A stretch of DNA of 64,000 nt, taken from Kiritimatiellia bacterium (GTDB taxonomy: Bacteria; Verrucomicrobiota; Kiritimatiellia; CAIQIC01; Lenti-01). The translations under genes and the position numbers were made by a program. The notes beneath the pieces are model-generated. The model was not told the origin of the DNA. It searched no databases and saw nothing but the letters and a program-made list of their open reading frames with translations. The stretch is from the NCBI GenBank assembly GCA_017527155.1, contig JAFXQI010000086.1:5151-69150 (forward strand), given 5' to 3'. This document shows positions 43,303 to 53,583 of this stretch, piece after piece (within the stretch, counting starts at the first letter, position 1; every line of letters starts with the position of its first letter).

Positions 43303-43345
43303 GTTTTCCAATGATTGGAAAAAATGTTTCCAATGGTTGGAAAAC
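43303..43345. repeat. Two TTTCCAA-N3-TTGGAAA palindromes
   Basis: TTTTCCAATGATTGGAAAA and TTTCCAATGGTTGGAAA. Confidence 0.8.
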
Positions 43346-43532
43346 TTCCGGCGGGGGGGCGAATGGGGAGGGGATGGTTTTGAGATTACTGTAAAATCAA
43401 CGGTTTTCGGTGGTTTTCCGTCGTCTTGGGGGCCATGGATGCCGGCGGGCGGGCGAGGGGGAGGAAGCAGGAGGGACGCGGGGTGCATTTCGGGCTTGCC
43501 GGGGAGGGGGGTGGCGGGGGATAGTCGGGGGC

Positions 43533-44711
43533 ATGAGACGGTTGACTTGTTTTCTTTGCGGGGTGTTGGCGGCGGCCGCGGTGCTGTGCGGGCCGGCGCG
43601 CGCCCAGGAGGCGCTGCCCGACGATTCGCCGGAGGCCCTCTTCCAGACGGGGATGTCGCGGTTCTCCGCCGGCGACTACGAGACGTCGCTGACGGTGCTC
43701 TCGGAGCTGGTCAAGGTCTTCGGCCGCGAGCCGGAGCTGCGCGGGCGCATCGACCTGGCCATGTACGCCAAGGCCTGCGCGCTCTACAACCTCGAGCGCC
43801 GCGAGGAGTGCGTGAAGGCGTTCCGCGAATACCTGGCGGCGTTCCCGGAGTCGAAGTACGCGGACGAGGCGCTCTTCCGCATCGGCGTCTGCCTCCAGCA
43901 GGACGGCGACCACCAGGAGGCCGTCGCCGCCTACCGCCAGCTGCGCACGGCCCATCCGGACTCGGCGTACGCGGAGGACGCGGCCTTCCAGATCGGCCTC
44001 TGCCTCCTGCTCGACGAGGCGAACGCGGACGCGGCGGCGGCCTTCAAGGATTTCGTCGCGCTCTACCCCCGCAGCCGCCTCGCCCCACAGGCCGGCGCCT
44101 ACGCCGCGCGCGCCCTCTTCGATGACGGCAAGCCCGAGGAGGCGATCGCGATGCTCGAGGAGACGGAGAAGCGCCCGCGCCCGTGGTCGGTGGTGACGTA
44201 CTGCAACTTCCTGGCGTTCGAGATCGGCGACTCGCTCTTCGACGACGGCGAGTTCGAGACGGCGCTCAAGGCGTACCGCCGCGTCAAGACCCGCCGCGCG
44301 ATCCTCCAGCACCTCAAGCAGGACCTCGCGCGGCTGGAGGCGGAGAAGGCGGCGTTCGACCGGCGTCCGCCGTCGGCGCAGGGAGGCCTCTCGGCGCACT
44401 TCCGGGCGGCGCGGCAGCTGGAGCGCGACGTCGCCCAGACGCGCGAGATGCTCGAGAAGCTCGAGACGATGCCGGACTACGACGCGAACCTCTTCCACCG
44501 CATCGGCCGCTGCTATTTCAACACGGACCGCCACTGGGAGGCCCGCATCGCCTTCAAGCGCGTGGTGGACACCGCGGCGGAGGAGGAGATCCGCGAGGCG
44601 GCGCACTTCGATCTGATCCTGGCGATCAGCCGCCTGCGCCGCTTCGACGACCTGCTCGTGGAGGCCGACAACTACCTCGGCACCTACGACCCCGAAGGGA
44701 GGTGGCAATGA
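43533..44711 (+). CDS. Exported tetratricopeptide-repeat protein
   Basis: Signal peptide ending ARA-QE; repeated FPESKYADEALFRIG-type TPRs. Confidence 0.87.
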   Translation: MRRLTCFLCGVLAAAAVLCGPARAQEALPDDSPEALFQTGMSRFSAGDYETSLTVLSELVKVFGREPELRGRIDLAMYAKACALYNLERREECVKAFREYLAAFPESKYADEALFRIGVCLQQDGDHQEAVAAYRQLRTAHPDSAYAEDAAFQIGLCLLLDEANADAAAAFKDFVALYPRSRLAPQAGAYAARALFDDGKPEEAIAMLEETEKRPRPWSVVTYCNFLAFEIGDSLFDDGEFETALKAYRRVKTRRAILQHLKQDLARLEAEKAAFDRRPPSAQGGLSAHFRAARQLERDVAQTREMLEKLETMPDYDANLFHRIGRCYFNTDRHWEARIAFKRVVDTAAEEEIREAAHFDLILAISRLRRFDDLLVEADNYLGTYDPEGRWQ

Positions 44712-47080
44712 AAACCCGCCGCTTTTCCGTCCTTCCCTCCGTCCTAGGCGTCCTAGCCGTCCTAGGTTCCCTTCTTCCCGCCCCCGCGCGCGCCGCGGTT
44801 TCGGGCAAGTGGAACAAGCTGGAGGACTGCGTGCTCGCCGACGGCTACATGGACGGCGACAGCTTCCACATCCGCCACAAGAACAAGGACATCATCATCC
44901 GCCTCTACTTCGTCGACACCCCCGAGACGGACAAGACCCACGAGGAGCGCAACAAGGCGCAGGCGGACTACTTCGGCATCAAGGACACGCAGGTGATCCC
45001 CGTCGGCCAGCTCGGCAAGAAGTTCACGCAGAAGACGCTCAAGGGCGAGCGCTTCACCGTGTGGACCCGCTGGGAGGACGCGATGGGCTCGTCCCAGCAG
45101 AAGCGCTATTTCGGCATCGTGCAGGTCGGCAAGGACGACCTCGCCGAGCTGCTCGTCGCCAACGGCCTCGCCCGCGTCTACGGCGCCTCCGCCGTCATGC
45201 CCAGCGGCCGCGGTCCCGACGACGAGTTCGCGCGCCTCCGCCAGCTCGAGCACCGCGCCAAGGCCAAGAAGCTCGGCGCGTGGTCCAAGGCCGCCAAGAA
45301 GGGTGCCCTCCGCGAAGACGGCGGCGGCATGTTCGACCTCGCGGAAGAGGACGGCGGGGAAGGCGGCGAAGGCGGCGGCCGCCGGCCCTTCGCGCAGGCG
45401 TGGGACGACGAAGACTTCGCCGACCTCGGCGAATACCACGACAAGTGGGCCAACGTCCCGACCGTCGCCTTCCTGCGAGCGGAAGCCTTCGTCAACACCG
45501 AGCGCTTCGAGGACGCCGAAATCGAGATGCGCAAGCTGCTCATCCGCTTCCCCTCCCACCCCCAGCGCCCGCGCATCGAGTTCTACCTCGCCCTCTCCCT
45601 CGCCATGCAGGAAGAATTCGGCGAGGCCGTGAGCCGCTTCAAGGACTGGCTCGCCAAATACCCCGACCACCCCCTCGCGCCCGACGTCCGCTACTGGATG
45701 CCCATCAGCCTCTACTACGACGGCAAGTACCAGGAAGCCCTCCCCCTCTTCGACGCCTACGCCAAGCAGAACCCCTACACCGTCTACGCCCCCGAGGCCG
45801 ACTACCGCGCCGCCTGCTGCCGCTACGCCCTCGAAGACTACGAAGGCGCCGCCGCCGGGGTCGCCGCCTTCCTGCGCGACCATCCCGACCACTACTTCCG
45901 CCACGAAGCCGCCATCATGCGCGGCGACGCCCTCGCCGCCCTCGGCGAATTCGACGCCGCCAAGGAAGCCTACCGCATCGCCATGGTCCCCGCCGCCGGC
46001 CCCTTCTACTACATGGCCCTCACCCAGGCCGCGCGCCTCCACAAGGCCCTCGCCGAGCCCGAGGAATACCGCGAAATGTCCAGGGAATTCGTCCAGTACA
46101 TCAAGGACATGCCCCAGGACTCCAACATCATCGACGCCGCCTACCAGGCCGGCTGGGCCCTCCGCCAGACCGGCGAATCCGACAAGGCCCGCCGCCTCTA
46201 CTGGCAGATGATCGAGCTCCACGGCAACGTCCCCGCCTGGGAAGGCTTCGACCTCATGCTCGCCGACCTCGCCAAACTCTACCCCCGCGGCACCGACGAA
46301 TACGACCAGGACCTCCGCGCCCGCCACGACCGCGCCCTCGCCGACCGCCGCATCGCCCTCGCCGCGCGCCTCGACGCCGCCCGCATCCAGCGCCTCCCCG
46401 CCGAGTCCCAGACCGCCGCCGTCGCCGCCTTCGCCGGCCGCTACAACACCGACGACCTCGGCCCCGAGACCCTCGTCTGGATCGGCCGCGAATGGTTCGA
46501 CCACGGCATGGTCTCCAACGGCACCGCCACCCTCGAATTCCTCCTCGACCGCTACGGCGAATCCCGCCACGCCCCCGAAGCCCAGATGCTCCTCGCCCGC
46601 CAGGAAGTCGCCGACAAACGCTGGGACGACGCCTTCGGCCACGCCGACGCCGTCGTCAACGGCGCCGCCGACCTCGACATCTACGTCGAAGCCGTCTTCC
46701 TGCGCGCCGAAGCCCTCCGCGGACTCGGGCGCAACGGCGAAGCCATCACCGCCTACAACGAAATCCTGGCCAACCGCGCCGCCCCGCGCCGCCTCAAGCC
46801 CGACGCCCTCCTCGGCATCGCCGCCTGCCTCTGCGCCCAGAACGAATGGAACCAGGCCAACGCCTACTACCAGCGCGTGTACGTCCTCTACGGCGCCTAC
46901 AAAAAACAGGTCGCCGCCGCCTACCTCGGCTCCGCCGCCTGCTTCGAGCACACCCGCGAACCCCAGAAAGCCATCGCCACCTACGACGCCTTCCTCGAAA
47001 CCGATGCCTCCCGCGGCACCGCCGAAGCCGCCACCGCCCGCCAACGCCGCGCCGCCCTCTCCCAAGGAGCCACCCCATGA
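44708..47080 (+). CDS. Exported thermonuclease (SNase) domain fused to long TPR array
   Basis: Signal peptide; DGDSF, IRLYFVDTPE, KRYFG, LVANGLA, AKAKKLGAW; then many TPRs. Confidence 0.85.
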   Translation: MKTRRFSVLPSVLGVLAVLGSLLPAPARAAVSGKWNKLEDCVLADGYMDGDSFHIRHKNKDIIIRLYFVDTPETDKTHEERNKAQADYFGIKDTQVIPVGQLGKKFTQKTLKGERFTVWTRWEDAMGSSQQKRYFGIVQVGKDDLAELLVANGLARVYGASAVMPSGRGPDDEFARLRQLEHRAKAKKLGAWSKAAKKGALREDGGGMFDLAEEDGGEGGEGGGRRPFAQAWDDEDFADLGEYHDKWANVPTVAFLRAEAFVNTERFEDAEIEMRKLLIRFPSHPQRPRIEFYLALSLAMQEEFGEAVSRFKDWLAKYPDHPLAPDVRYWMPISLYYDGKYQEALPLFDAYAKQNPYTVYAPEADYRAACCRYALEDYEGAAAGVAAFLRDHPDHYFRHEAAIMRGDALAALGEFDAAKEAYRIAMVPAAGPFYYMALTQAARLHKALAEPEEYREMSREFVQYIKDMPQDSNIIDAAYQAGWALRQTGESDKARRLYWQMIELHGNVPAWEGFDLMLADLAKLYPRGTDEYDQDLRARHDRALADRRIALAARLDAARIQRLPAESQTAAVAAFAGRYNTDDLGPETLVWIGREWFDHGMVSNGTATLEFLLDRYGESRHAPEAQMLLARQEVADKRWDDAFGHADAVVNGAADLDIYVEAVFLRAEALRGLGRNGEAITAYNEILANRAAPRRLKPDALLGIAACLCAQNEWNQANAYYQRVYVLYGAYKKQVAAAYLGSAACFEHTREPQKAIATYDAFLETDASRGTAEAATARQRRAALSQGATP

Positions 47081-48168
47081 GCCACCGCCCCTCCCATTCC
47101 CACCCGTTCCTGCGGTCCCTTCGTCCCCTTCTCTTCCTTTGTGTCCTTTGCGTCCTTTGTGGCTCATTCCCCCTCCCCGCCCGCGCCCAACTCTGCCCCT
47201 ACGAAGTCCGCCTCGCCAACGACCGCTTCCACGCCCATCTCCTCAAGCGCGAAAAAAACGGCGACGTCTGGCTCCGCCGCCTCAAACCCGACGGCACCCC
47301 CGGCCCGCAGGTCGGCTATGCCCGCGCCGACATCCTCGGCATCCGCATGCCGCGCCCCGCCTTCTTCACCAACGTCGAAGCCCTCGTCGCCGCGCCCGGC
47401 ACCGGCCCCCTGCCTCCGCAGGCCACCGCGCGCGCCCACGCCCTCCTCGACCAATACGTCCTCCAGACCCGCGCCTTCCGCGACATTCCCGGCGTCGTCT
47501 CCGACGAAGCCCTCTACCTCAAGGCCCGCCTCCAGGACCGCCAGGGGCAGCACGCCGAAGCCCTTGCCGGCTACGAAGCCATCCGCGCCAAAGACCCGCC
47601 GTCCGCCTTCGCCGACGCCGCCCGCATCCGGGCCGGCATCGACCACTCCCGCCTGACCAACGCCGTCGACGCCATCGAATGCCTCGACGGCATCCCCCTG
47701 CCCGAAGAAGACGAAGCCCTCCTCTCCGACATGCTCTTCGCGCTGGGCGACGCCTACGTCCGCCTGGAGAACTGGGACCGGGCCCTGATGACCTACCTCT
47801 CCCTGGTCGTCTTCTACCCCTACGTCGGCAACAACGAAGCCCGCGCCCTGTCCCGCACCCTTCCCTGCTACGCCGCGCTCGGCGAATGGGAATCCTGCTA
47901 CCGCGCCATCCAGGATCTTCTCGCCGCGGCCCCCGGGACCCCGGCGGCGGCCTACGCCGAAACCTTCGCGCAGAAGCACGCCAAGCAGCTTGGTTCCGTC
48001 GGCGAATTCGTCGACGGCAAACGCATCGTCGCCGACACCCCTGCCACCTCCATCGCCGGCACCACCGCCTCCACCAACGCCCCCTCCCACACCCAATTCA
48101 ACGCCCCCTCCGACGACGACGAACCCTCCGGCGCCGACGACGTCGAATACCCCGACGAACTCCTCTGA
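47077..48168 (+). CDS. Exported TPR protein with acidic tail
   Basis: ATGA coupling; signal-like N-terminus; TPR helices (LFALGDAY...ALMTYL). Confidence 0.8.
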   Translation: MSHRPSHSHPFLRSLRPLLFLCVLCVLCGSFPLPARAQLCPYEVRLANDRFHAHLLKREKNGDVWLRRLKPDGTPGPQVGYARADILGIRMPRPAFFTNVEALVAAPGTGPLPPQATARAHALLDQYVLQTRAFRDIPGVVSDEALYLKARLQDRQGQHAEALAGYEAIRAKDPPSAFADAARIRAGIDHSRLTNAVDAIECLDGIPLPEEDEALLSDMLFALGDAYVRLENWDRALMTYLSLVVFYPYVGNNEARALSRTLPCYAALGEWESCYRAIQDLLAAAPGTPAAAYAETFAQKHAKQLGSVGEFVDGKRIVADTPATSIAGTTASTNAPSHTQFNAPSDDDEPSGADDVEYPDELL

Positions 48169-48199
48169 CCCGCCCCCCTCCCCCACCCCATCCCTCCCG

Positions 48200-48228
48200 C
48201 GCCCCGCCTTCCCGGCGGGGCGTTTTTC
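48200..48228 (+). terminator. Rho-independent terminator
   Basis: CGCCCCGCC-ttccc-GGCGGGGCG followed by TTTTTC. Confidence 0.75.
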
Positions 48229-48500
48229 ATGGCCGCGGACAGAGCGCAAAACCCCACGAAATCGGCCAAAATGAAATAATCTCAAATGTGCCGGCGGCTG
48301 GCAGGAGCCCCCTCCGCTGCAGTCGCGGGAACGGGTGGGGCAAGGCATCGGCGTCCCATGTGCAAGGCACGAATCGCCCGGAGAGCTCGCCCCGCCGCTG
48401 GGGGAAAAACGGGGGCGGCAGGGGAGGCAGGGGCCAATCTAGATTTCTAGATATCCAGAGACCTGGATTTCCAGGCGCCGGGGGGGCCATCGCGGCGGCG

Positions 48501-49286
48501 TCAGGTGCCGGGGGCGCGTTTGTTGCGGGAGAGGAGTTGGCTGATGGTGACGCAGGCGAAGGTGACGACAAGGAGGATCGTGGACAGGGCGTTGATGAGC
48601 GGCGGGGCGCCGTATTTGATCATGCTGTAGATGCGGATGGGCAACGTGGTGGAGCCGGGGCCCGCGACGAAGAAGGAGATGACGAAGTCGTCGATGGACA
48701 GGGTGAAGGCGAGGAGGCCGCCCGCGAGGATGCCCGGGGCCAGCATGGGGATCAGGACGCGCCAGAGGGTGGTCCACCATCCGGCGCCGAGGTCCTGGGC
48801 GGCTTCGATGATGGTGTAGTCGAAATCCTGCAGGCGGGCGAGGACGGTCATGGCGACGTAGGAGAGGCAGAAGGTGACGTGGGCGAGGCCGATGGTGAAC
48901 ATTCCGAGCTGGATCTTCAGGGCGACGAAGAAGAGCAGCATGGAAAGGCCCATCAGGATCTCGGGGAGGACGAGGGGCATGTAGATGACGGAGTAGTGGA
49001 CTTTCTGGAGGCGGCTGCCGGCGTAGCGGTGCAGGGCGAACGCGGCGGAGGTGCCGAGGATCATGGCGCCAAGGGTCGCGGAGGCCGCGATGACCAGGGT
49101 GTTGACGAGGGCGGACCAGATGTCGTCGCGCTGCATGAGGGCGATGTACCATTTGAGGGAGGTGCTCTCCCAATGGCCGCCGAACCGGGAGGAGTTGAAG
49201 GATTGGGCGACGAGGACGACGATCGGCAGGTAGAAGAACACCAGGACGGCCCAGGTGACGATGGCGGGGACGCGGGAGGGGCGCAT
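48501..49286 (-). CDS. potC: Spermidine/putrescine ABC permease PotC
   Basis: FFYLPIVVL, EAAQDLGA, FTLSIDDF, TTLPIRIYS. Confidence 0.9.
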   Translation of the reverse strand: MRPSRVPAIVTWAVLVFFYLPIVVLVAQSFNSSRFGGHWESTSLKWYIALMQRDDIWSALVNTLVIAASATLGAMILGTSAAFALHRYAGSRLQKVHYSVIYMPLVLPEILMGLSMLLFFVALKIQLGMFTIGLAHVTFCLSYVAMTVLARLQDFDYTIIEAAQDLGAGWWTTLWRVLIPMLAPGILAGGLLAFTLSIDDFVISFFVAGPGSTTLPIRIYSMIKYGAPPLINALSTILLVVTFACVTISQLLSRNKRAPGT

Positions 49287-49288
49287 GG

Positions 49289-50164
49289 TCAGACTCCTTC
49301 TTCGTTCGGGGCGCGGGTGTTCTTGCGGCGCAGGGCGCTGACGGCCACCATCGGGACGAGGACGGCCACGGACAGGAAGGCGGAGAGTCCGGCGGCGTGC
49401 GGGAGGTTGCGGTCGACGAAGGTGCGCTGGGCGATCTTGTTGCCGATCATTTCGCTGGTGGGCCCGCCGACGATGTCCGGGATGACGTAGGAGCCGAGCG
49501 ACGGGATGAAGACCATCAGGAAGGCGGTGAGCAGGCCCACGCGGATGCCCGGGAGGAAGACGGAGACGAAGGCGCGGAAAGAGCCGGCGCCCAGGTCCTT
49601 GGCGGCTTCGATGAGGCGGTAGTCGAATTTTTCGGCGGCGGCGTAGATGGGGAGGATGGCGAAGGGGAGTTCGGTGTAGATCATCACGAGGAGGACGGCG
49701 CCGGCGTTGTAGAGGAGGGAGGTATCCGGGGAAATCAGGTGCAGCCAGACGAGGGCGTGCTTGAGGAAGCCGTCGGGATGGAGGAGGACCTTCCAGGCGA
49801 AGACGCGCACGAGGAAGCTCGTCCAGAAGGGGAGGATGACGAGCAGCAGCAGCCACTGGCGCAGGCGCGGGGAGACGCGCGAGAGGTAGTAGCTCATGGG
49901 CGTCGCGAGGAGGATGCAAAGGCCCGTCGTCAGGGCGCTCATCCAGATGGTCCGCCAGACGATGGCCGGGTAGTTGGGGTTGCCCAGGGTCTTGAGGGTC
50001 TCGAGGGTCCAGCCGGCGCCGATGCCGCCGTAGGGGTCGGAGGGGCGGAAGGTGATCGCGAAGACGAGCACCGTCGGGATGATGAAGAGCAGTCCCAGCC
50101 ACACGAAGGAGGGCATCGTGACGAGCCACTCCGTCCAGGCGCGGGGTTTGGCGCGGCCGCTCAT
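49289..50164 (-). CDS. potB: Spermidine/putrescine ABC permease PotB
   Basis: LPFWTSFLVR, EAAKDLGA, FIPSLGSY. Confidence 0.9.
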   Translation of the reverse strand: MSGRAKPRAWTEWLVTMPSFVWLGLLFIIPTVLVFAITFRPSDPYGGIGAGWTLETLKTLGNPNYPAIVWRTIWMSALTTGLCILLATPMSYYLSRVSPRLRQWLLLLVILPFWTSFLVRVFAWKVLLHPDGFLKHALVWLHLISPDTSLLYNAGAVLLVMIYTELPFAILPIYAAAEKFDYRLIEAAKDLGAGSFRAFVSVFLPGIRVGLLTAFLMVFIPSLGSYVIPDIVGGPTSEMIGNKIAQRTFVDRNLPHAAGLSAFLSVAVLVPMVAVSALRRKNTRAPNEEGV

Positions 50165-51399
50165 GTCCGGGCCTCTTCGGCCGCGGGCGCGGGCGCGGGT
50201 TCGACGGGGGTCTCGCCGACGGCTTCGGGCGGGAGGCGGAGGAGGTTCTCGTCCTGCTCGGAGTATTTCTCCAGCATGAAGCCGTCGTCGGCGTGCCAGG
50301 AAATCCAGACTTCCTCGCCCCACTTGATGGGTTTTTCGTCGAGGAAGAACCGGGTGTGCTGGCGGACGATCGAGATGCGGTATTCGCCGACGCGGACCCA
50401 GTACTTGGTCTGGGAGCCGAGGTAGATGACGTCCTCGACGGTGCCGCGCAGCATGTTGACGTGGGGGCGGCGCTCGGGCTCCTCCCGCGAGATGGAGAGT
50501 TTTTCGGGGCGCACGGAGAGGAAGACGTGCTCGCCCTGCTTGATCTGCTTGTCGTTGAAGCATTCGAGGTCGGGGAGGTCGCCGATGACCAGGCGGGAGT
50601 AGTCCTTGTCCACGACGGCGGGGAGCATGCCGCGCAGGATGGCGCGCTGGTCGACCGGCTCGGCGACGGTGCCGTCGAAGAAGTTCGTGTCGCCGATGAA
50701 CGCCGCGACGAAGCTCGTGCGCGGGGCCTCGTAGATCTGCGCCGGGGTGCCGAGCTGCTCGACGCGGCCGCTGCGCATGACCGCGATGCGGTCGGACAGG
50801 CTCATCGCCTCGCCCTGGTCGTGCGTGACGTAGAGGAAGGTGATGCCCGCCTGGTCGTGGATGAGGTCCAGCTCGATCAGCATGCGCTGGCGGAGCTTGA
50901 GGTCGAGGGCGGCGAGGGGTTCGTCGAGCAGCAGCACGCGCGGCTGGTTCACCAGGGCGCGGGCGATGGCGACGCGCTGCTTCTGGCCGCCGGAGATCTG
51001 GTCGGGCTTCTTCCAGGCCTGGTCCTCCATCTGGATGAGGGCGAGCATCTTCTCGACGCGCTCCTTGATGTCCTTCTTGGAGCACTTGGCGACGCGCAGG
51101 CCGAAGGCGATGTTGTCCCAGAGCGAGAGGTGCGGGAAGAGCGCGTAGTTCTGGAAGATGGTGTTGACCTTGCGCTGGTAGGGGGGGATGTCCGTGATGT
51201 CCTGCCCGTCGAGCAGGATGCGTCCGGAGTCGGGCGACTCGAAGCCCGCCAGCATCCGCAGGAGCGTGGTCTTGCCGCAACCGCTGGGGCCGAGCAGGGA
51301 GAAGAACTCGCCCTGCTTGACGGAAAGCGACACGTGGTCGGACGCCTTGATGGCGCCGTAGTTTTTCGAAACGTCGACGAACTCCAAGAACTCGCTCAC
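50161..51399 (-). CDS. potA: Spermidine/putrescine ABC ATPase PotA
   Basis: GPSGCGKTT, FQNYALFPHL, ISGGQKQR, LLLDEP; GGAGG RBS with GTG start. Confidence 0.93.
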   Translation of the reverse strand: MSEFLEFVDVSKNYGAIKASDHVSLSVKQGEFFSLLGPSGCGKTTLLRMLAGFESPDSGRILLDGQDITDIPPYQRKVNTIFQNYALFPHLSLWDNIAFGLRVAKCSKKDIKERVEKMLALIQMEDQAWKKPDQISGGQKQRVAIARALVNQPRVLLLDEPLAALDLKLRQRMLIELDLIHDQAGITFLYVTHDQGEAMSLSDRIAVMRSGRVEQLGTPAQIYEAPRTSFVAAFIGDTNFFDGTVAEPVDQRAILRGMLPAVVDKDYSRLVIGDLPDLECFNDKQIKQGEHVFLSVRPEKLSISREEPERRPHVNMLRGTVEDVIYLGSQTKYWVRVGEYRISIVRQHTRFFLDEKPIKWGEEVWISWHADDGFMLEKYSEQDENLLRLPPEAVGETPVEPAPAPAAEEART

Positions 51400-51588
51400 G
51401 GTCCAGAATCCTCCATGGGTTGGCTGCCTGGGGGCGCCGCACGGCGGCACCTCGGAAAACGCGGGGCATTATGGGGTCCCCCCCCCGGTTTGCAAGAAAA
51501 CTTTCACCCCTCCGCCCGCGCGGCTCCCGGTCCGCCGCGCGCCCTCATTGGCATTGCCCCGCAGCGCCCCCTGCGGTATGGTTCCGGC

Positions 51589-52575
51589 ATGAACACGACT
51601 CCGTCCCCCCTGGATAACGCGCGTGCCGTCCTCGCCTGCGAGGCCGACGCCCTGCGGCGCACCCTCGACCGCCTCGGCGATTCCCTCCCCGCCGCCGTCG
51701 CCCTGCTCAAGGACACCCTCGACCGCGGCGGCAAGATCGTCGTCACCGGAATCGGCAAGTCGTTCCACATCGGCCAGAAGATCGCCGCCACCCTCACCAG
51801 CACCGGCGCGCCCTCCACCGTCCTGCATCCCTCCGAAGCCATGCACGGCGACCTCGGCCTCCTGCGGCCCGCCGACGCGGTCATCGCCCTCTCCTACTCC
51901 GGCGAATCCGACGAACTCGTCCGCCTGCTCCCGCTCCTCAAGCGCGACGGGGCGAAGATCATCGCCCTGACCGGCGGCCTGGAGTCCACCCTCGCCCGCC
52001 ACGCGGACATCGTCATCGACGCCTCCGTCGAGCGCGAGGCGTGCCCCTTCAACCTCGTGCCGACCGCCTCGACCACCGTTGCGCTGGCCCTAGGCGACGC
52101 CCTGGCCATCGCCCTCCTCGAAGCCCGCGGTTTCCGCAAGGAAGACTTCGCCCGCTACCATCCCGGCGGCGCCATCGGCCGCGCGCTCCTGCTCACCACC
52201 GACGACATCATGCGAACCGGCGACCGCCTCGCCCGCCTCCCGGCCACCGCCACCGTGCGGGACGCCGTCATCGCCATGACCGAAGCCCAGGCCGGCGCCG
52301 TCGGCATCGTCGATTCCGGCGGCCGCGTCGAGGGCCTCGTCACCGACGGCGATCTCCGCCGCTACCTCGCCGGCGGCGCCGACGATTTCCGGACCCGCCC
52401 CGTCCGCGACATCATGACCCGCAATCCCAAGTCGGTCCGCTCCGGCCAGCTGGCTGCCGACGCCCTCGCCGTCTTCCAGCAGCACCGCTTCGACGACCTG
52501 CCCGTCGTGGATGCCGAAGGCCGCCTCGTCGGCATCATCGACCTCCAGGATCTCCCCAAGTTCAAGATTCTCTGA
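51589..52575 (+). CDS. kdsD: Arabinose-5-phosphate isomerase KpsF/GutQ family
   Basis: TGIGKS, EAMHGDLG, SYSGES, EACPFNLVPTAST, HPGG, two CBS domains. Confidence 0.94.
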   Translation: MNTTPSPLDNARAVLACEADALRRTLDRLGDSLPAAVALLKDTLDRGGKIVVTGIGKSFHIGQKIAATLTSTGAPSTVLHPSEAMHGDLGLLRPADAVIALSYSGESDELVRLLPLLKRDGAKIIALTGGLESTLARHADIVIDASVEREACPFNLVPTASTTVALALGDALAIALLEARGFRKEDFARYHPGGAIGRALLLTTDDIMRTGDRLARLPATATVRDAVIAMTEAQAGAVGIVDSGGRVEGLVTDGDLRRYLAGGADDFRTRPVRDIMTRNPKSVRSGQLAADALAVFQQHRFDDLPVVDAEGRLVGIIDLQDLPKFKIL

Positions 52576-52671
52576 GACGGCGGAACCCGCGACGGCCGGA
52601 CGGCACGGAGGCCGGGCAGGCGGAATTGCACCTTTACCGCAACGGGGCGCGGGCGTATGCTGGGAAACACC

Positions 52672-53583
52672 ATGAACAGAATCATCCGCTCCCTTCTGGC
52701 CCTGCTGCTCCTTTGCACCGCCGCCTCCGCGCGGCGGCATACGGCCTTCGAACCGGTCCTTTTCGACGGACCGGAGCCCCCTCCGCAGTCGCTTGAGGCC
52801 CCGGCGGAGGAAACGGACGTCCCCTCCACCGAAGCGCAGGAAGCCGTTCCGGCAGACCGCCACCCCGGCGGCATCGCCCCGTCGGTTCCGGAGGCGGAAC
52901 AGAGCGTGGCCGAGCGAACGGGCGCGATCCACTACGCCCCCGCGATGGAGGCGGATGCGCCCGAAGCGGCACCGGACGCCGGCCGCCGCTTCCGCTTCGA
53001 GCTGGGCATCCGCAGCATGGGTGCCTGGCTGACGGACGACCGGCAGGGGGAACCCTTCCACGGCTCCTTCGTCGGCAGCATCTACAAGATCAAGGCCAAG
53101 CAGAACTGGGTGCCGATCCATCCCTTCGCGCAGCTGTCCTTCGCCCTTCCGGGCGGCCTCTGGCTCGGGGCGGGCGCGACGTACAGCCATCTCGACGTCG
53201 AGACGCTCGACGACGGCGGCGGCGACGGCGACATCGAATCGGACCTGGTGCTGGGCTACGTGCTGCTGGAGTACCCCGTGGCCCGCCTGCGGCCGTACGC
53301 GGAAGCCGGATGCGGCCGGGCCTTCAACACCTTCGACGCGGACGCCAGCTGGTCCGCCGGCGGGCGCCGCGAGTTCGTGCTGGAGGATTCGACGGCGTGG
53401 ATGGCCGGCGGCGGCATCGGCGTGGCGGTCACGGACCGCTTCACGGTGGATGCGCACGTCCGGTACGTGCATTTCGACGTGGACGGGACGTACGAGTTCC
53501 GGGGCGACTCCCGGCCGGACACGGATTTCACCTTCACCCCGTCCTACGTGGCGGCGGGCGTCGGCGTGAGCTATGCCCTCTGA
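52672..53583 (+). CDS. Outer-membrane beta-barrel protein (OmpW/OmpA-like)
   Basis: Signal peptide, acidic linker, amphipathic beta strands (RPYAEAG), C-terminal GVGVSYAL. Confidence 0.75.
   Translation: MNRIIRSLLALLLLCTAASARRHTAFEPVLFDGPEPPPQSLEAPAEETDVPSTEAQEAVPADRHPGGIAPSVPEAEQSVAERTGAIHYAPAMEADAPEAAPDAGRRFRFELGIRSMGAWLTDDRQGEPFHGSFVGSIYKIKAKQNWVPIHPFAQLSFALPGGLWLGAGATYSHLDVETLDDGGGDGDIESDLVLGYVLLEYPVARLRPYAEAGCGRAFNTFDADASWSAGGRREFVLEDSTAWMAGGGIGVAVTDRFTVDAHVRYVHFDVDGTYEFRGDSRPDTDFTFTPSYVAAGVGVSYAL

Noticed and set aside
44762-47167. 801-aa minus-strand ORF and similar long antisense ORFs (e.g. 38813-41713, 59748-62645)
   Set aside because: Shadows of well-supported genes on the opposite strand in high-GC DNA; no recognisable motifs
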